Virus record (IMG/VR): IMGVR_UViG_2919614203_000001
Location: 9,916-73,915 of that record
Direction: 5' to 3' (one strand)
Length of the DNA: 64,000 bases
DNA from: a virus
Below the pieces are notes generated by a model, which saw only the letters and a list, made by a program, of their open reading frames with translations, was not told where the DNA came from and did not search any database. Positions 34,522 to 43,106 of the stretch are shown here, one piece after another (within the stretch, counting starts at the first letter, position 1; every line of letters begins with the position of its first letter). The position numbers and the translations under genes are program-made.

Positions 34522-35372
34522 TGGCGCGGGCGGCAACATCCCGGTTGAAGGTCAATCCTCCGCTCGGGCTTCGGCCCAGTCTGGAGAATTGCCGCCTGGG
34601 CGACCTGAAGGTCGATGCCGCCTACCAGCGGTCGATCGACAACGCTTCCAGCAAGGCGCTGATCCGCAAGATCGCCATGCACTGGGACTGGGCGCTGTTT
34701 CATCCGCTGGCGGTAGCGCGGCGGGCCGACGGGTCACTGTGGGTGGTGGACGGCCAGCACCGGCTTGAGGCCGCTCGGGCTCGGCGGGACCTGTACGACC
34801 TGCCCTGCGTGGTGTCGTCCTACGACAGCCGCGCCGACGAAGCCGCTTCGTTCGTGGCGATGAACGTGCAGCGCCGCGCGCTGTCGAAAATCGACCTGTT
34901 CAAGGCAGCCGTTGCGGCGGGCGATCAGGAAGCGACGGGCATCGTTTCGGCGATCGAGGCGGCGGGTCTGTCGGTCGCGCCGCATCAGAACTACGTGTCG
35001 TGGAAGCCCGGCATGGTTTCCAACATCGGCGGTATCGAAGCGAGCTGGCGCCGCCACAGCGAGGATGTGACCAGGCTGGCGCTGAGGGTGTTGGCGGATG
35101 CGTGGCGCGGCAGCGTGCTGCGCTATGCCGGATCGTTGTTTCCCGGCATCGCGGCCGTTGTCGCGGATGAATATGGGCGGTTCGTCGTCGATGATGAGTT
35201 CCGCGTGATGCTGGTCGAGATGATCGGCGCGGTCACGCAAGAGGATTGGCGCGGCGAGATCATGCGCAAGCGCGCCGACGATCCGAACCTGCGCTTTGCG
35301 GCTGCGAGCGAGGTTGTCTTGCGCGAGGCTTGGGCCGAGCTGCTCGCCGAATTCATGGATGAAGCGGCGTGA
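34521..35372 (+). CDS. ParB/Srx-like N-terminal domain protein
   Basis: L.VD.AYQR, WDW.LF.PL.VARR, VVDGQHRL.AA, EA..FV.MN..RR. Confidence 0.8.
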   Translation: MARAATSRLKVNPPLGLRPSLENCRLGDLKVDAAYQRSIDNASSKALIRKIAMHWDWALFHPLAVARRADGSLWVVDGQHRLEAARARRDLYDLPCVVSSYDSRADEAASFVAMNVQRRALSKIDLFKAAVAAGDQEATGIVSAIEAAGLSVAPHQNYVSWKPGMVSNIGGIEASWRRHSEDVTRLALRVLADAWRGSVLRYAGSLFPGIAAVVADEYGRFVVDDEFRVMLVEMIGAVTQEDWRGEIMRKRADDPNLRFAAASEVVLREAWAELLAEFMDEAA

Positions 35373-36112
35373 CGCGCGCGGCTTCGAGCATGCGGCGCTT
35401 CGGCTCCGTCGCGCCGAGGGGGCACGGCATCGTGCTGCCCGCCTATCATCCGTCTGCCCGGGGCGGTCGGTCGATCTTTCCCAGTCGCGTCTTTGCGCCC
35501 GATGAACTGAACCGGCTGCTCAAGAGCGGGCACAACAGCCGGAAGATCGGCAAGACGGTGGCCAAGGGGCCGCGCCGGGGATGGCCGATCTATACCCTGA
35601 CGCTTGAAGAGCGGGCGAGCTGCCCGCGCGAGTGCCGCGAATGGCTGCGCTGCTATGGCAACAACATGCAGGCGGCGGAGCGGATCGAGCATGGGCCCGA
35701 TCTGGAGGCGCGGCTGTTGATCGAAATGTCGGAGTTGCAGGAGCGGCACCCGGCCGGGTTCATGGTGCGGTTGCACGTGCTGGGGGATTTCTATTCGCCC
35801 GAGTACGTGGCGACCTGGTCGGAGGCGTTGCGGCGCTTCCCTGCGCTGCACGTGTTCGGGTTTACCGCGCGCGATCCGCGCGAACCGATCGGCCGGGCCG
35901 TGGCGATGCTGGCGGCGGATTTCGGGTGGCAGCGGGCGGCGATCCGCTTTTCCGGGCAGCCGCATGAGAACCGGGCCTCGCGGGTCATCGCCGCAGAGGC
36001 CGCCATCACCGATGCCATCCTGTGCCCGGCGCAAACCGGGGCGACCGACTGTTGCGCGACGTGCGCGCTGTGCTGGCATTCGGAACGCAGCATCGCGTTC
36101 AGGGCGCACTGA
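35369..36112 (+). CDS. GP88-like Cys-rich protein (possible Fe-S/radical-SAM-like)
   Basis: N.KIGK, CPRECREWLRCY (Cx3Cx5C), RLHVLGDF, C-terminal CPAQ...CCATCALCW. Confidence 0.65.
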   Translation: MTRAASSMRRFGSVAPRGHGIVLPAYHPSARGGRSIFPSRVFAPDELNRLLKSGHNSRKIGKTVAKGPRRGWPIYTLTLEERASCPRECREWLRCYGNNMQAAERIEHGPDLEARLLIEMSELQERHPAGFMVRLHVLGDFYSPEYVATWSEALRRFPALHVFGFTARDPREPIGRAVAMLAADFGWQRAAIRFSGQPHENRASRVIAAEAAITDAILCPAQTGATDCCATCALCWHSERSIAFRAH

Positions 36113-36134
36113 TGGGCCGGAGTGGAGAAGCGGC

Positions 36135-36527
36135 ATGACGGATCTGACGCCATGGGAGCGCAAGGCGCTCACCCTGCTGGAGCGGGCGGCGCTGGCGGAG
36201 CGGCCGTGTCCGACGAATGACGACGTGGCGGACTGGCTGCGGTGTTCGCATGCGAAGGCGGCGGGTGTTGTCGCCGCGCTCGACACGAGCGGCGTGATCC
36301 GCATCCATCGGCATGCCAATCGCCGGGTCATCGAAATCGTGGCGACGGGGCGGCGGACGGCTCTGACGGCCAAGCGGCTCCGGCTGCACGATGCGCTGCA
36401 CGATTCGTCGCCGAAAAGGCCTTTGGCGGTGCTGCACTATCACACCGGGTGTTCCTGGTGCGGGTGCCGGGTCGACGTGTGCTCTTGCCGCGACGGCAAG
36501 GCGGCGCGCGGGGAGATGGCGGCGTGA
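36135..36527 (+). CDS. Winged-HTH protein with C-terminal Cys cluster
   Basis: CPTNDDVADWL...L...GVI...RRVIEIVATG; CSWCGC...CSC. Confidence 0.6.
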   Translation: MTDLTPWERKALTLLERAALAERPCPTNDDVADWLRCSHAKAAGVVAALDTSGVIRIHRHANRRVIEIVATGRRTALTAKRLRLHDALHDSSPKRPLAVLHYHTGCSWCGCRVDVCSCRDGKAARGEMAA

Positions 36528-36709
36528 GCGCCTACGAGGACATCGGGCCGACCATGATGGGCCGCGCCGAGTTGTATGCGCTGTTCCGCGAGGCCGCGGT
36601 CATCGGGCAGATCGGCATGGAGCTGACCGTCGCGGGCGAGGGGATGGACCTGCCGCGCGCGCGGGCCAAGGTGGCCGAGCTGCGCGCGAAGCTGGGTGTG
36701 CCGAAATGA
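36524..36709 (+). CDS. Hypothetical protein
   Basis: GTGA-coupled 61-aa ORF. Confidence 0.45.
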   Translation: MSAYEDIGPTMMGRAELYALFREAAVIGQIGMELTVAGEGMDLPRARAKVAELRAKLGVPK

Positions 36710-37905
36710 GTGGCGGCGCATCCGGTTCATCCCCGGCGATCGATCCCGGTGTGCTCGCCGAGGCGAAGGCGCGGGTGGAGGTGTCGGATCTGGTCAAGCG
36801 GTCGGTGCGGCTGTCGCGGGCGGGGCGCGAGTTCAAGGGCCTATGCCCGTTCCACGACGAGTCGACGGCCAGCTTTACGGTCAACGACGACAAGGGGTTC
36901 TATCACTGCTTCGGCTGCGGGGCGCATGGCGACCAGCTGGCCTGGCTGATGCGGCACGACGGCATGGCGTTCCTGGACGCGGCGCGGGTGCTGATCGGCG
37001 AGGCGGGTCTGGGCGATCTGCCATCGGGCCAAGTGCCCCGGTCTGCGCCGGAGCGGCGCGAGGGGCGGCGGGGTGAACGTGACGGACCGGAGTTCGTGCC
37101 GTCGATCGAAGTGGCGCGGTTCATCTGGCGTTTGCGTCCGGTGGCCGGGTGGCGGACGCCGGTCGAGACCTGGCTGCGGACGCGCGGTGTGCATCCGGGG
37201 CCCGACAGTCCGGTGCTGGAGCAGCTGCGGTTTCATCCGCGGGTGCCGACCGGAGCGTGGCCGGTGGGGCAAGAGCCGAGGCGGTTCGGCCCGGCGATGA
37301 TCGCGGCGATCGAGGCGCCCATCCTGGAGGGCGCGTGCGTCATCGGCTTCGCGCCGATCGGGCTGCACGTGACGTATCTGGCCGACGAGGGCCGGACCAA
37401 AGCCGGGCGCAAGATGTTCGGCGGAACGGCGGGCGGCGGGGTGCTGCTGGGCGACTGGTCGGCGGATGCCGGGCACGTCGGTGCCGATACGCTGGCCGTG
37501 GCCGAGGGGATCGAGACGACGCTGGCCTTCCTGGCGCGGGAAGGCGTGACGCGGGGGGTGGCGGCGCTCAGCCTCAACAATCTGCAGGGCTATCCGCTGG
37601 AGGACCGGGCGGGCGCGGTGCCGCTTTACGATCCGCGCCCAGATCCGGGCCGCGCTATGCTGTGCTGGCCGGGCGAGTCCCGCGTGCTGGTGGGCGTTGA
37701 TGCCGACATGAAGGGGCTGAAGGACCGCACGGTGCGCGAGCATCCGCGCGCGGTGCCGGTGAAGCGCGACCTCAGCGGGGCCGAGCGGACCGAGCTGTGC
37801 GGTCGGCTCGCCAGTGCGGCCTGGCGCGCGACCGGGGCGCGGGTGAGCGTCAAGCGTCCGCCGATGGGCGCGGATTTCGGGGATCTGGCGAGGGAGGGGG
37901 TTTGA
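36706..37905 (+). CDS. DNA primase: CHC2 zinc finger + TOPRIM
   Basis: GLCPFHDE..SF.V......YHCFGCGAHGD; TOPRIM VAEGIET and GVDAD. Confidence 0.88.
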   Translation: MSGGASGSSPAIDPGVLAEAKARVEVSDLVKRSVRLSRAGREFKGLCPFHDESTASFTVNDDKGFYHCFGCGAHGDQLAWLMRHDGMAFLDAARVLIGEAGLGDLPSGQVPRSAPERREGRRGERDGPEFVPSIEVARFIWRLRPVAGWRTPVETWLRTRGVHPGPDSPVLEQLRFHPRVPTGAWPVGQEPRRFGPAMIAAIEAPILEGACVIGFAPIGLHVTYLADEGRTKAGRKMFGGTAGGGVLLGDWSADAGHVGADTLAVAEGIETTLAFLAREGVTRGVAALSLNNLQGYPLEDRAGAVPLYDPRPDPGRAMLCWPGESRVLVGVDADMKGLKDRTVREHPRAVPVKRDLSGAERTELCGRLASAAWRATGARVSVKRPPMGADFGDLAREGV

Positions 37906-38150
37906 TGATCCACATTCGTGTCGACGACAGTTCGCTGAACAGCCACCGCCGCTTTGCCTGCGGAATCGGGCCTGACCTGCCCGACGGCGACAAGTGGCTT
38001 TATCCCGGAATCATAGCGGACGCTGACGCGGACTGCCCCGGTTGCAACCCGCATCCCCAACCGATCGGGACGCCGTTGAGCCAATTGAGCGGGCGGAGTG
38101 GTGGCAATGTCGAGTGGCGCCGCATCTCCGAAAGTTGGGGGTATCCATGA
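37905..38150 (+). CDS. Hypothetical protein
   Basis: GGAGG RBS, TGATG coupling, 81 aa, CPGC. Confidence 0.55.
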   Translation: MIHIRVDDSSLNSHRRFACGIGPDLPDGDKWLYPGIIADADADCPGCNPHPQPIGTPLSQLSGRSGGNVEWRRISESWGYP

Positions 38151-38635
38151 CCGCGATCATCTCCGACTGCGGACGCTACCGCTACCGGCTCGAACGCAAC
38201 ACTGTCGGGGGTGGCGCGACCGCCGTTATCATGGTCAACCCCTCCACCGCTGACGCCACCGAGAATGACGCGACCATTCGCAAGCTGATCGGCTTCGGCC
38301 GGCGCAACAGGTGGGGTAAGCTGATCGTCGGCAACCTTTTCGCCTACCGCGCGACCGACGTGCGCGAACTCGGCAAGGTGGCCGATCCGGTCGGGCCGGA
38401 GAACGACAACCACCTGATCCAAATGCTCGCGGAAGCCGATCAGGCGATCATCGCTTGGGGGCCGCTGTCGAAGCAGCCGCTCCGCGTCCGCAATCGCTTC
38501 CTCAACGTGCTGACCATGATCTCTGGCGCGGGACTGGACCCGTATTGCATCGGCCCGGCCGCCAAGTGCGGGCACCCGAAGCACCCGCTTATGCTGCCCT
38601 ATGAAAGCCCGATCATCGAATGGACCCAGCCATGA
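38147..38635 (+). CDS. DUF1643-like protein
   Basis: S.CGRYRY.L.R, VNPSTAD...ND.TIRK, GNLFAYRATD, AWG, HPKHPL. Confidence 0.85.
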   Translation: MTAIISDCGRYRYRLERNTVGGGATAVIMVNPSTADATENDATIRKLIGFGRRNRWGKLIVGNLFAYRATDVRELGKVADPVGPENDNHLIQMLAEADQAIIAWGPLSKQPLRVRNRFLNVLTMISGAGLDPYCIGPAAKCGHPKHPLMLPYESPIIEWTQP

Positions 38636-38817
38636 CCGGCAGGCCCAAACGCCAATCTTGGGATCATGAAGGACATTACGAAGCCGCCGTGAATCGCGTC
38701 ATTTGCGCGATGAAGCGTGGGACTGGATGCGCATTGACCCCGGATATGGTCCGCGCCCTCCACTTCGCGGAGGGTGACGGGGACTATTGGAGCAAAATGA
38801 CAGAGGCCCAGCCATGA
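38632..38817 (+). CDS. Hypothetical protein
   Basis: 61 aa, coupled both sides. Confidence 0.45.
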   Translation: MTGRPKRQSWDHEGHYEAAVNRVICAMKRGTGCALTPDMVRALHFAEGDGDYWSKMTEAQP

Positions 38818-39524
38818 ACGACACAGCCGACGCCCTGCGCCTGTTCGTTGAGCGGATCGAGCGGGTCAGCGAGGAAATCGCCGGACTGCAGGAGGATCGC
38901 CGCGACATCTATGCCGAGGCCAAGGCCTGCGGCTTTTCGCCGGCCATCATCCGCAAGGTGATCGCGCGGCGGGCGCTGGCACCGGCGGACCGGGAGCTGG
39001 CCGATGCCGAGCTGGCGATCTACGAAGCGGCGCTCGACGGTGCCGACGTCAGCGAGGCCATGACGAAGCTGCGGCCCGATGCGGCGGCGCTGGCCGCGTC
39101 GATGCTGGCCGAGCAGATCGCGGGGATCGACGATCCCGCGACGGCCGAGGCGCTGGTGGAGCACATCGCCTTCCTCCTCGACCTGCGGGCCGAGATCGCG
39201 GCGCTGCGGGCGCAGGAATCGGATCGCAAGAAGATGGCTGGGGCCGAAGGGTTCGAGGCCAAGCAGATCGCTGTCGCCGTCCGCTGGTTCGAGAAGTGCG
39301 CCAAGCACGGCGAGGACGCGATGCGGGCGGGTGAGGCGACCTTCGACCTCTATCGCGCGACGTTCGATGCGCACGACGGGGCGCAGCGGTCGCCGACCGA
39401 GGATCCGAAGCTGGCGGCGGTGTTCACGCCGCCCACGAAGAAAACGAACGCCAAGGGCCGCGCGCTCGATGCCGCGCGGTTTGCCGCGATGCAGACGCGC
39501 CGGGCGCTGGAAGACAAGGGATAG
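38814..39524 (+). CDS. gapR: GapR (DUF2312)-like protein with tandem domain
   Basis: LRLFVERIERV.EE...L.EDRRDIYAEAK..GF...IIRKVI..R; second degenerate copy follows. Confidence 0.8.
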   Translation: MNDTADALRLFVERIERVSEEIAGLQEDRRDIYAEAKACGFSPAIIRKVIARRALAPADRELADAELAIYEAALDGADVSEAMTKLRPDAAALAASMLAEQIAGIDDPATAEALVEHIAFLLDLRAEIAALRAQESDRKKMAGAEGFEAKQIAVAVRWFEKCAKHGEDAMRAGEATFDLYRATFDAHDGAQRSPTEDPKLAAVFTPPTKKTNAKGRALDAARFAAMQTRRALEDKG

Positions 39525-39536
39525 GCAGGGGACCCG

Positions 39537-41135
39537 ATGACGCAGCGAAAAGGGGGATCGATCCCCGTGCCGGTGGCCGAGCCGGAAAAGATGGCCTGGT
39601 ACGAGCTCAACGACCTTGGCAATGCGGATCGGCTGATCGATCTGGCCGGCGGCAAGCTGCTGTGGGTGGAGGATCACTGGCGCGCCTATGACGGGCGGCG
39701 TTGGTCTGCCGAGGACGGTGCCCGGCTGTCGCAGCAGCTGGCGCACGACATGGCGCGGCACATCCCGATCGAGGCGGCGGCGCTGGACGAAGCGGCGGAG
39801 ACCGAAACCGACCAGGGCAAGAAGACGATGCTGCAAGAGCGCGCCTCTGCCCTGTACAAGCACGCCGTCCAGTCCGGCAACGCGAACAAGACGACGGCCG
39901 CGCTGGCGCAGGCGAAGTCGAAACTGGCCGCGACGCGCGACGATTTCGATTCCGAGACGATGGCGCTCAATGTCGCCAACGGCACCTTGCGGTTCTTCGA
40001 AGGGCCCGACGGGTGGGCGGTAAGGCTCGACGCGCACGATCCCGAAGACCGGATCAGCCGCATGAGCGAGGTGGCGTGGGAACCGCGGGCGCAATGCCCG
40101 GAGTTCACCCGGCACATGGAGACGGTGCTACCCGCGCCCGATGTGCGCAGCTATTTCCAGTCGTGCATGGGCTATGCCCTGACCGGCGAGATCAGCGAGC
40201 AGTGCATCTTCCTGCTGCAGGGCAAGGGCGGCGACGGCAAGTCGACGACGATGGACGTGCTGCGCGAGGTGTTGGGCGGTTATGGCGCGACGGCGGCGGT
40301 CGAATCGTTCCTGCACGGGGCGGCGCGCAGCGGGGCGGAAGCCTCGCCCGACATGGCTCGGCTTGCCGGCGACGTGCGGCTTGTCTGCACCAGCGAGCCG
40401 CGCATCGGGGCGATGATCGATGAAGGCCGGGTCAAGCAGGTGACCGGCGGTCAGCCGATCAGCGCGCGCGAACTGCATGGCGCGGTGTTCGAGTATCGGC
40501 CGCGCTTTGCCATCGTGTTCGAGTGCAACCGCAAACCGCGCATTTCCGGCGACGACGACGGCATCTGGCGGCGCATCGTCGTCATCGAGTTTCCGCACCA
40601 GTTCAAGGGTGCGGCCGACAAGACCGTGGGCCGCAGGCTGCTGGCCGAGGCCGAGGGGGTGCTGGGGTGGCTGGTGCAGGGCACGCTGATGTGGCTGAGC
40701 CACGGCCTGATCCCGCCCGAGACGGTGCGCGCGGCGATCGAGGATTACCGGAGATCCAGCAACCCTTTTGGTGAATGGTTCGGGGAAAGGGTCGCCACGG
40801 ACGACCCGGAAGCCCGCGCGCTCTCGGCCGATCTCTACGCCGATTACAAGCAGTTCTGCGAGGACAACGCCGTCGGCGATCGCGAGATCATGACCAGCAC
40901 GGCCTTTGGCCGCGCGCTGGGCGACAAGCAGCTCGCCAAGGCCAAGAACGCGCAAGGCAAGGTGATCCGCAAGGGGTGCCGGCTGCGCACGGCGGACGAG
41001 CTGTCGCTGCCGCCTGCGGGTGTGCAGGGCGGCGGTGACGTGGCGGGCGGCGCGCCCGACCGGACGCCCGGCAACTGGGGCGCCAGCGGCCACGACGACC
41101 AGGCCGACGGCGACTGGGACGGGTTCGATGACTGA
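39537..41135 (+). CDS. P4-family/D5-like SF3 helicase (phage primase-helicase C part)
   Basis: NDLGNADR, LNVANGTL, Walker A GKGGDGKST, SEP...IDEGRVKQVTGG..ISAR, DDGIWRR. Confidence 0.9.
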   Translation: MTQRKGGSIPVPVAEPEKMAWYELNDLGNADRLIDLAGGKLLWVEDHWRAYDGRRWSAEDGARLSQQLAHDMARHIPIEAAALDEAAETETDQGKKTMLQERASALYKHAVQSGNANKTTAALAQAKSKLAATRDDFDSETMALNVANGTLRFFEGPDGWAVRLDAHDPEDRISRMSEVAWEPRAQCPEFTRHMETVLPAPDVRSYFQSCMGYALTGEISEQCIFLLQGKGGDGKSTTMDVLREVLGGYGATAAVESFLHGAARSGAEASPDMARLAGDVRLVCTSEPRIGAMIDEGRVKQVTGGQPISARELHGAVFEYRPRFAIVFECNRKPRISGDDDGIWRRIVVIEFPHQFKGAADKTVGRRLLAEAEGVLGWLVQGTLMWLSHGLIPPETVRAAIEDYRRSSNPFGEWFGERVATDDPEARALSADLYADYKQFCEDNAVGDREIMTSTAFGRALGDKQLAKAKNAQGKVIRKGCRLRTADELSLPPAGVQGGGDVAGGAPDRTPGNWGASGHDDQADGDWDGFDD

Positions 41136-41177
41136 TCGGCGCGGGCCTGCCTGTGCCTCTGCACCACAAGATGTGGG

Positions 41178-41460
41178 ACAGACAGTTACAGACAGTTTCG
41201 GCAACTGTCTGTCTTTTCGGGCGGCGGGCGACGGTTTCGGCGGCGGTGGCGGGATGATGGGGCGGCGTCGGGGCTGGCCACCGGGATTGCGGCGAGGGGA
41301 AACCATCTGTCTGTCTGTGACTGTCCGTCCTCGCAAAGCCACGCTGGCTGCGGGTTACAGACAGTTGACAGAAAGACAGACAGTTTCTGCGGGGTTTGGT
41401 CCGTGCGGGCGCGGGCGCGCATGTGCGTAGGGTTTCCGACTATCTGTCTGTCTGTCTGTA
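41178..41460. repeat. ACAGACAG iteron cluster, probable replication origin of prophage 2
   Basis: ACAGACAGTT at 41178, 41188, 41357, 41376; inverted AACTGTCTGT at 41203; (TCTG)n at ~41306 and 41443. Confidence 0.75.
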
Positions 41461-41475
41461 GAAAAGGATCAAGAT

Positions 41476-41964
41476 ATGGGGGTTGAGCTTTCGCAGGTGG
41501 TGACCTGGCAGGACGCGGAGGATGCGATGCTGGCGGCGGTGGAGTACCTGGGCGCGATGCCCGACAAGGAGCGGGGTTGGCTGCGCGGTGGGCAGGGGTG
41601 GCCGGATATCGTGCGCGACGTGCGGGCGGGCGACTATGGCGATGGGCAGGGCCATGGCGGCGATGCCGAGCCGCGGCGGCAGTTGGGGCGCAAGGAGATG
41701 GCGGTGCTGGACCGGATGATGCTGGGCCCGCAGGCCGCCTGCTTGGCCGTGCCGGAGGAGCACCGGCGGCTTGTCGGCCGGGTGCTGATCGCCAAGCTCG
41801 ACCCGCGCGGCGACGTGTTCCGCTGGGAGCGGATCTGGGTGGCCGAGGGCGGCAAGCGGTGCGTGGTGACCAGCGATGCCTTGCGGATGCGGTACGAGCG
41901 GGCGATCGGGAAGGTGGCTGTGGCCATGGAGCGAGGTCGTGATCGTGCCGGGGCGGCGGCGTGA
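41476..41964 (+). CDS. Hypothetical protein at late-regulator position
   Basis: AAAAGGA RBS; 162 aa; C-terminal helix LRMRYERAI; last gene before packaging operon. Confidence 0.6.
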   Translation: MGVELSQVVTWQDAEDAMLAAVEYLGAMPDKERGWLRGGQGWPDIVRDVRAGDYGDGQGHGGDAEPRRQLGRKEMAVLDRMMLGPQAACLAVPEEHRRLVGRVLIAKLDPRGDVFRWERIWVAEGGKRCVVTSDALRMRYERAIGKVAVAMERGRDRAGAAA

Positions 41965-41970
41965 CGGGGC

Positions 41971-42070
41971 CATTTACCCAGTTGCGGCTCTGTAACCCGC
42001 AGAAGTCCTGCGGGTAAGCTGTCAAGCCGTTTCCATTTACCCAGTGAAATATTGGGTGTTCGTTTACCCA
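41971..42070. promoter_or_regulatory. Late-promoter region repeats
   Basis: CATTTACCCAGT at 41971 and 42034, GTTTACCCA at 42062, ACCCGCAG-N5-CTGCGGGT hairpin at 41995-42015. Confidence 0.5.
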
Positions 42071-42217
42071 CCTTTTCGGGGGTATCAGGAGATACGCTGA
42101 GGCGGGCCTGTGTCGGCCTCGGGGTATCCTCTCCCAGACTTGGCGACTGCGCCCGGCCAGTTTCCCCCCATTGTGGTGGCTGGCCGCAGTCGCCTCCCTT
42201 TCGTCAGGAGCGCGCAC

Positions 42218-42574
42218 GTGGGTCGGCTCAAGGCCATGCCGTCGCGGCTCGGGCGGCCAGCGTCGCGGGTGCGGGCAAGGCCGAAGGTCGCCGAGGGGTT
42301 CTACCAGTCGGCCGAGTGGCTCGACTATCGGCGGCGGCATCGGGACTGGACGCGGGCTCAGCACGGCGGCGTGTGGTGCAAGGTGTGCGGGGCGACGCAG
42401 CGGCTGATCCTCGACCACCGGGTCGAGCGGTCGGACGGCGGGGCGGACTTCCCTCCCTTCGAGGAGGCGGACTGGCTCTGCACGCCCTGCCACAACCGCA
42501 AGACGGCCGAGGCCAAGGCGCGGCGGGTGCGAGGCGAGGCAGGACGGGGGGTGGTCGAAAGTTCAGGGGGTTGA
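42218..42574 (+). CDS. HNH endonuclease (packaging-associated)
   Basis: AGGAG RBS, GTG start; FY.S.EW, CKVC...DHR.E..DGG...LC..CHNRKT. Confidence 0.88.
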   Translation: MGRLKAMPSRLGRPASRVRARPKVAEGFYQSAEWLDYRRRHRDWTRAQHGGVWCKVCGATQRLILDHRVERSDGGADFPPFEEADWLCTPCHNRKTAEAKARRVRGEAGRGVVESSGG

Positions 42575-42616
42575 CGGCACCTAGACCGCATCCCGTCTCA
42601 TCTGGGGATTTTTTTC

Positions 42617-43099
42617 TTGGGCGATGGAATTTCGGACGGGCAGGTTGACCTGTTCGGCCTGCCAGTGTTGCCGGAGAAGGGGCGGGGGCGGCCGGCGCAT
42701 GTCTGGACCCGGGAGAATTCCGACGTTGTGAACCTGCTGTTCGCGTGCGGGCGCAAGCCGATCGAGATCGCGCGAGTCCTGAAGGTCAGCAAGCCGACGT
42801 TCTACAAGCATTATTTTAACGAGATCGCGAACGCGGGCCACGCGCCGCTGATGCTCAAAGGTCGCCAGCTCGCCCGCCTGAACAAGGCCGCCGAGGAGGG
42901 CAACGTTGCCGCCGAGAAGGCGCTAGCCGCGATGGTGCACGCCGAGCAGCAGCGGGCGCTCAGCGAAAAGGTCCAGGAGCGCGGCAAGGTCGCGGCCCCG
43001 GCCCCGCGGCTCGGCAAAAAGGAACAGCAGAAGGAGGCGGCGGCCGGTGTGGCCGGGCGCTTCGGCACGCGGCAACCGCCGCCGGCGATGATCCAGTAG
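42617..43099 (+). CDS. Terminase small subunit
   Basis: HTH IARVLKVSKPT..KHY..E; LGKKE motif; precedes TerL. Confidence 0.75.
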   Translation: MGDGISDGQVDLFGLPVLPEKGRGRPAHVWTRENSDVVNLLFACGRKPIEIARVLKVSKPTFYKHYFNEIANAGHAPLMLKGRQLARLNKAAEEGNVAAEKALAAMVHAEQQRALSEKVQERGKVAAPAPRLGKKEQQKEAAAGVAGRFGTRQPPPAMIQ

Positions 43100-43106
43100 G
43101 ACGCCG

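Noticed and set aside
41020-41430. 136-aa ORF across the ACAG repeats
   Set aside because: Low-complexity translation of the iteron region; no coding signal.
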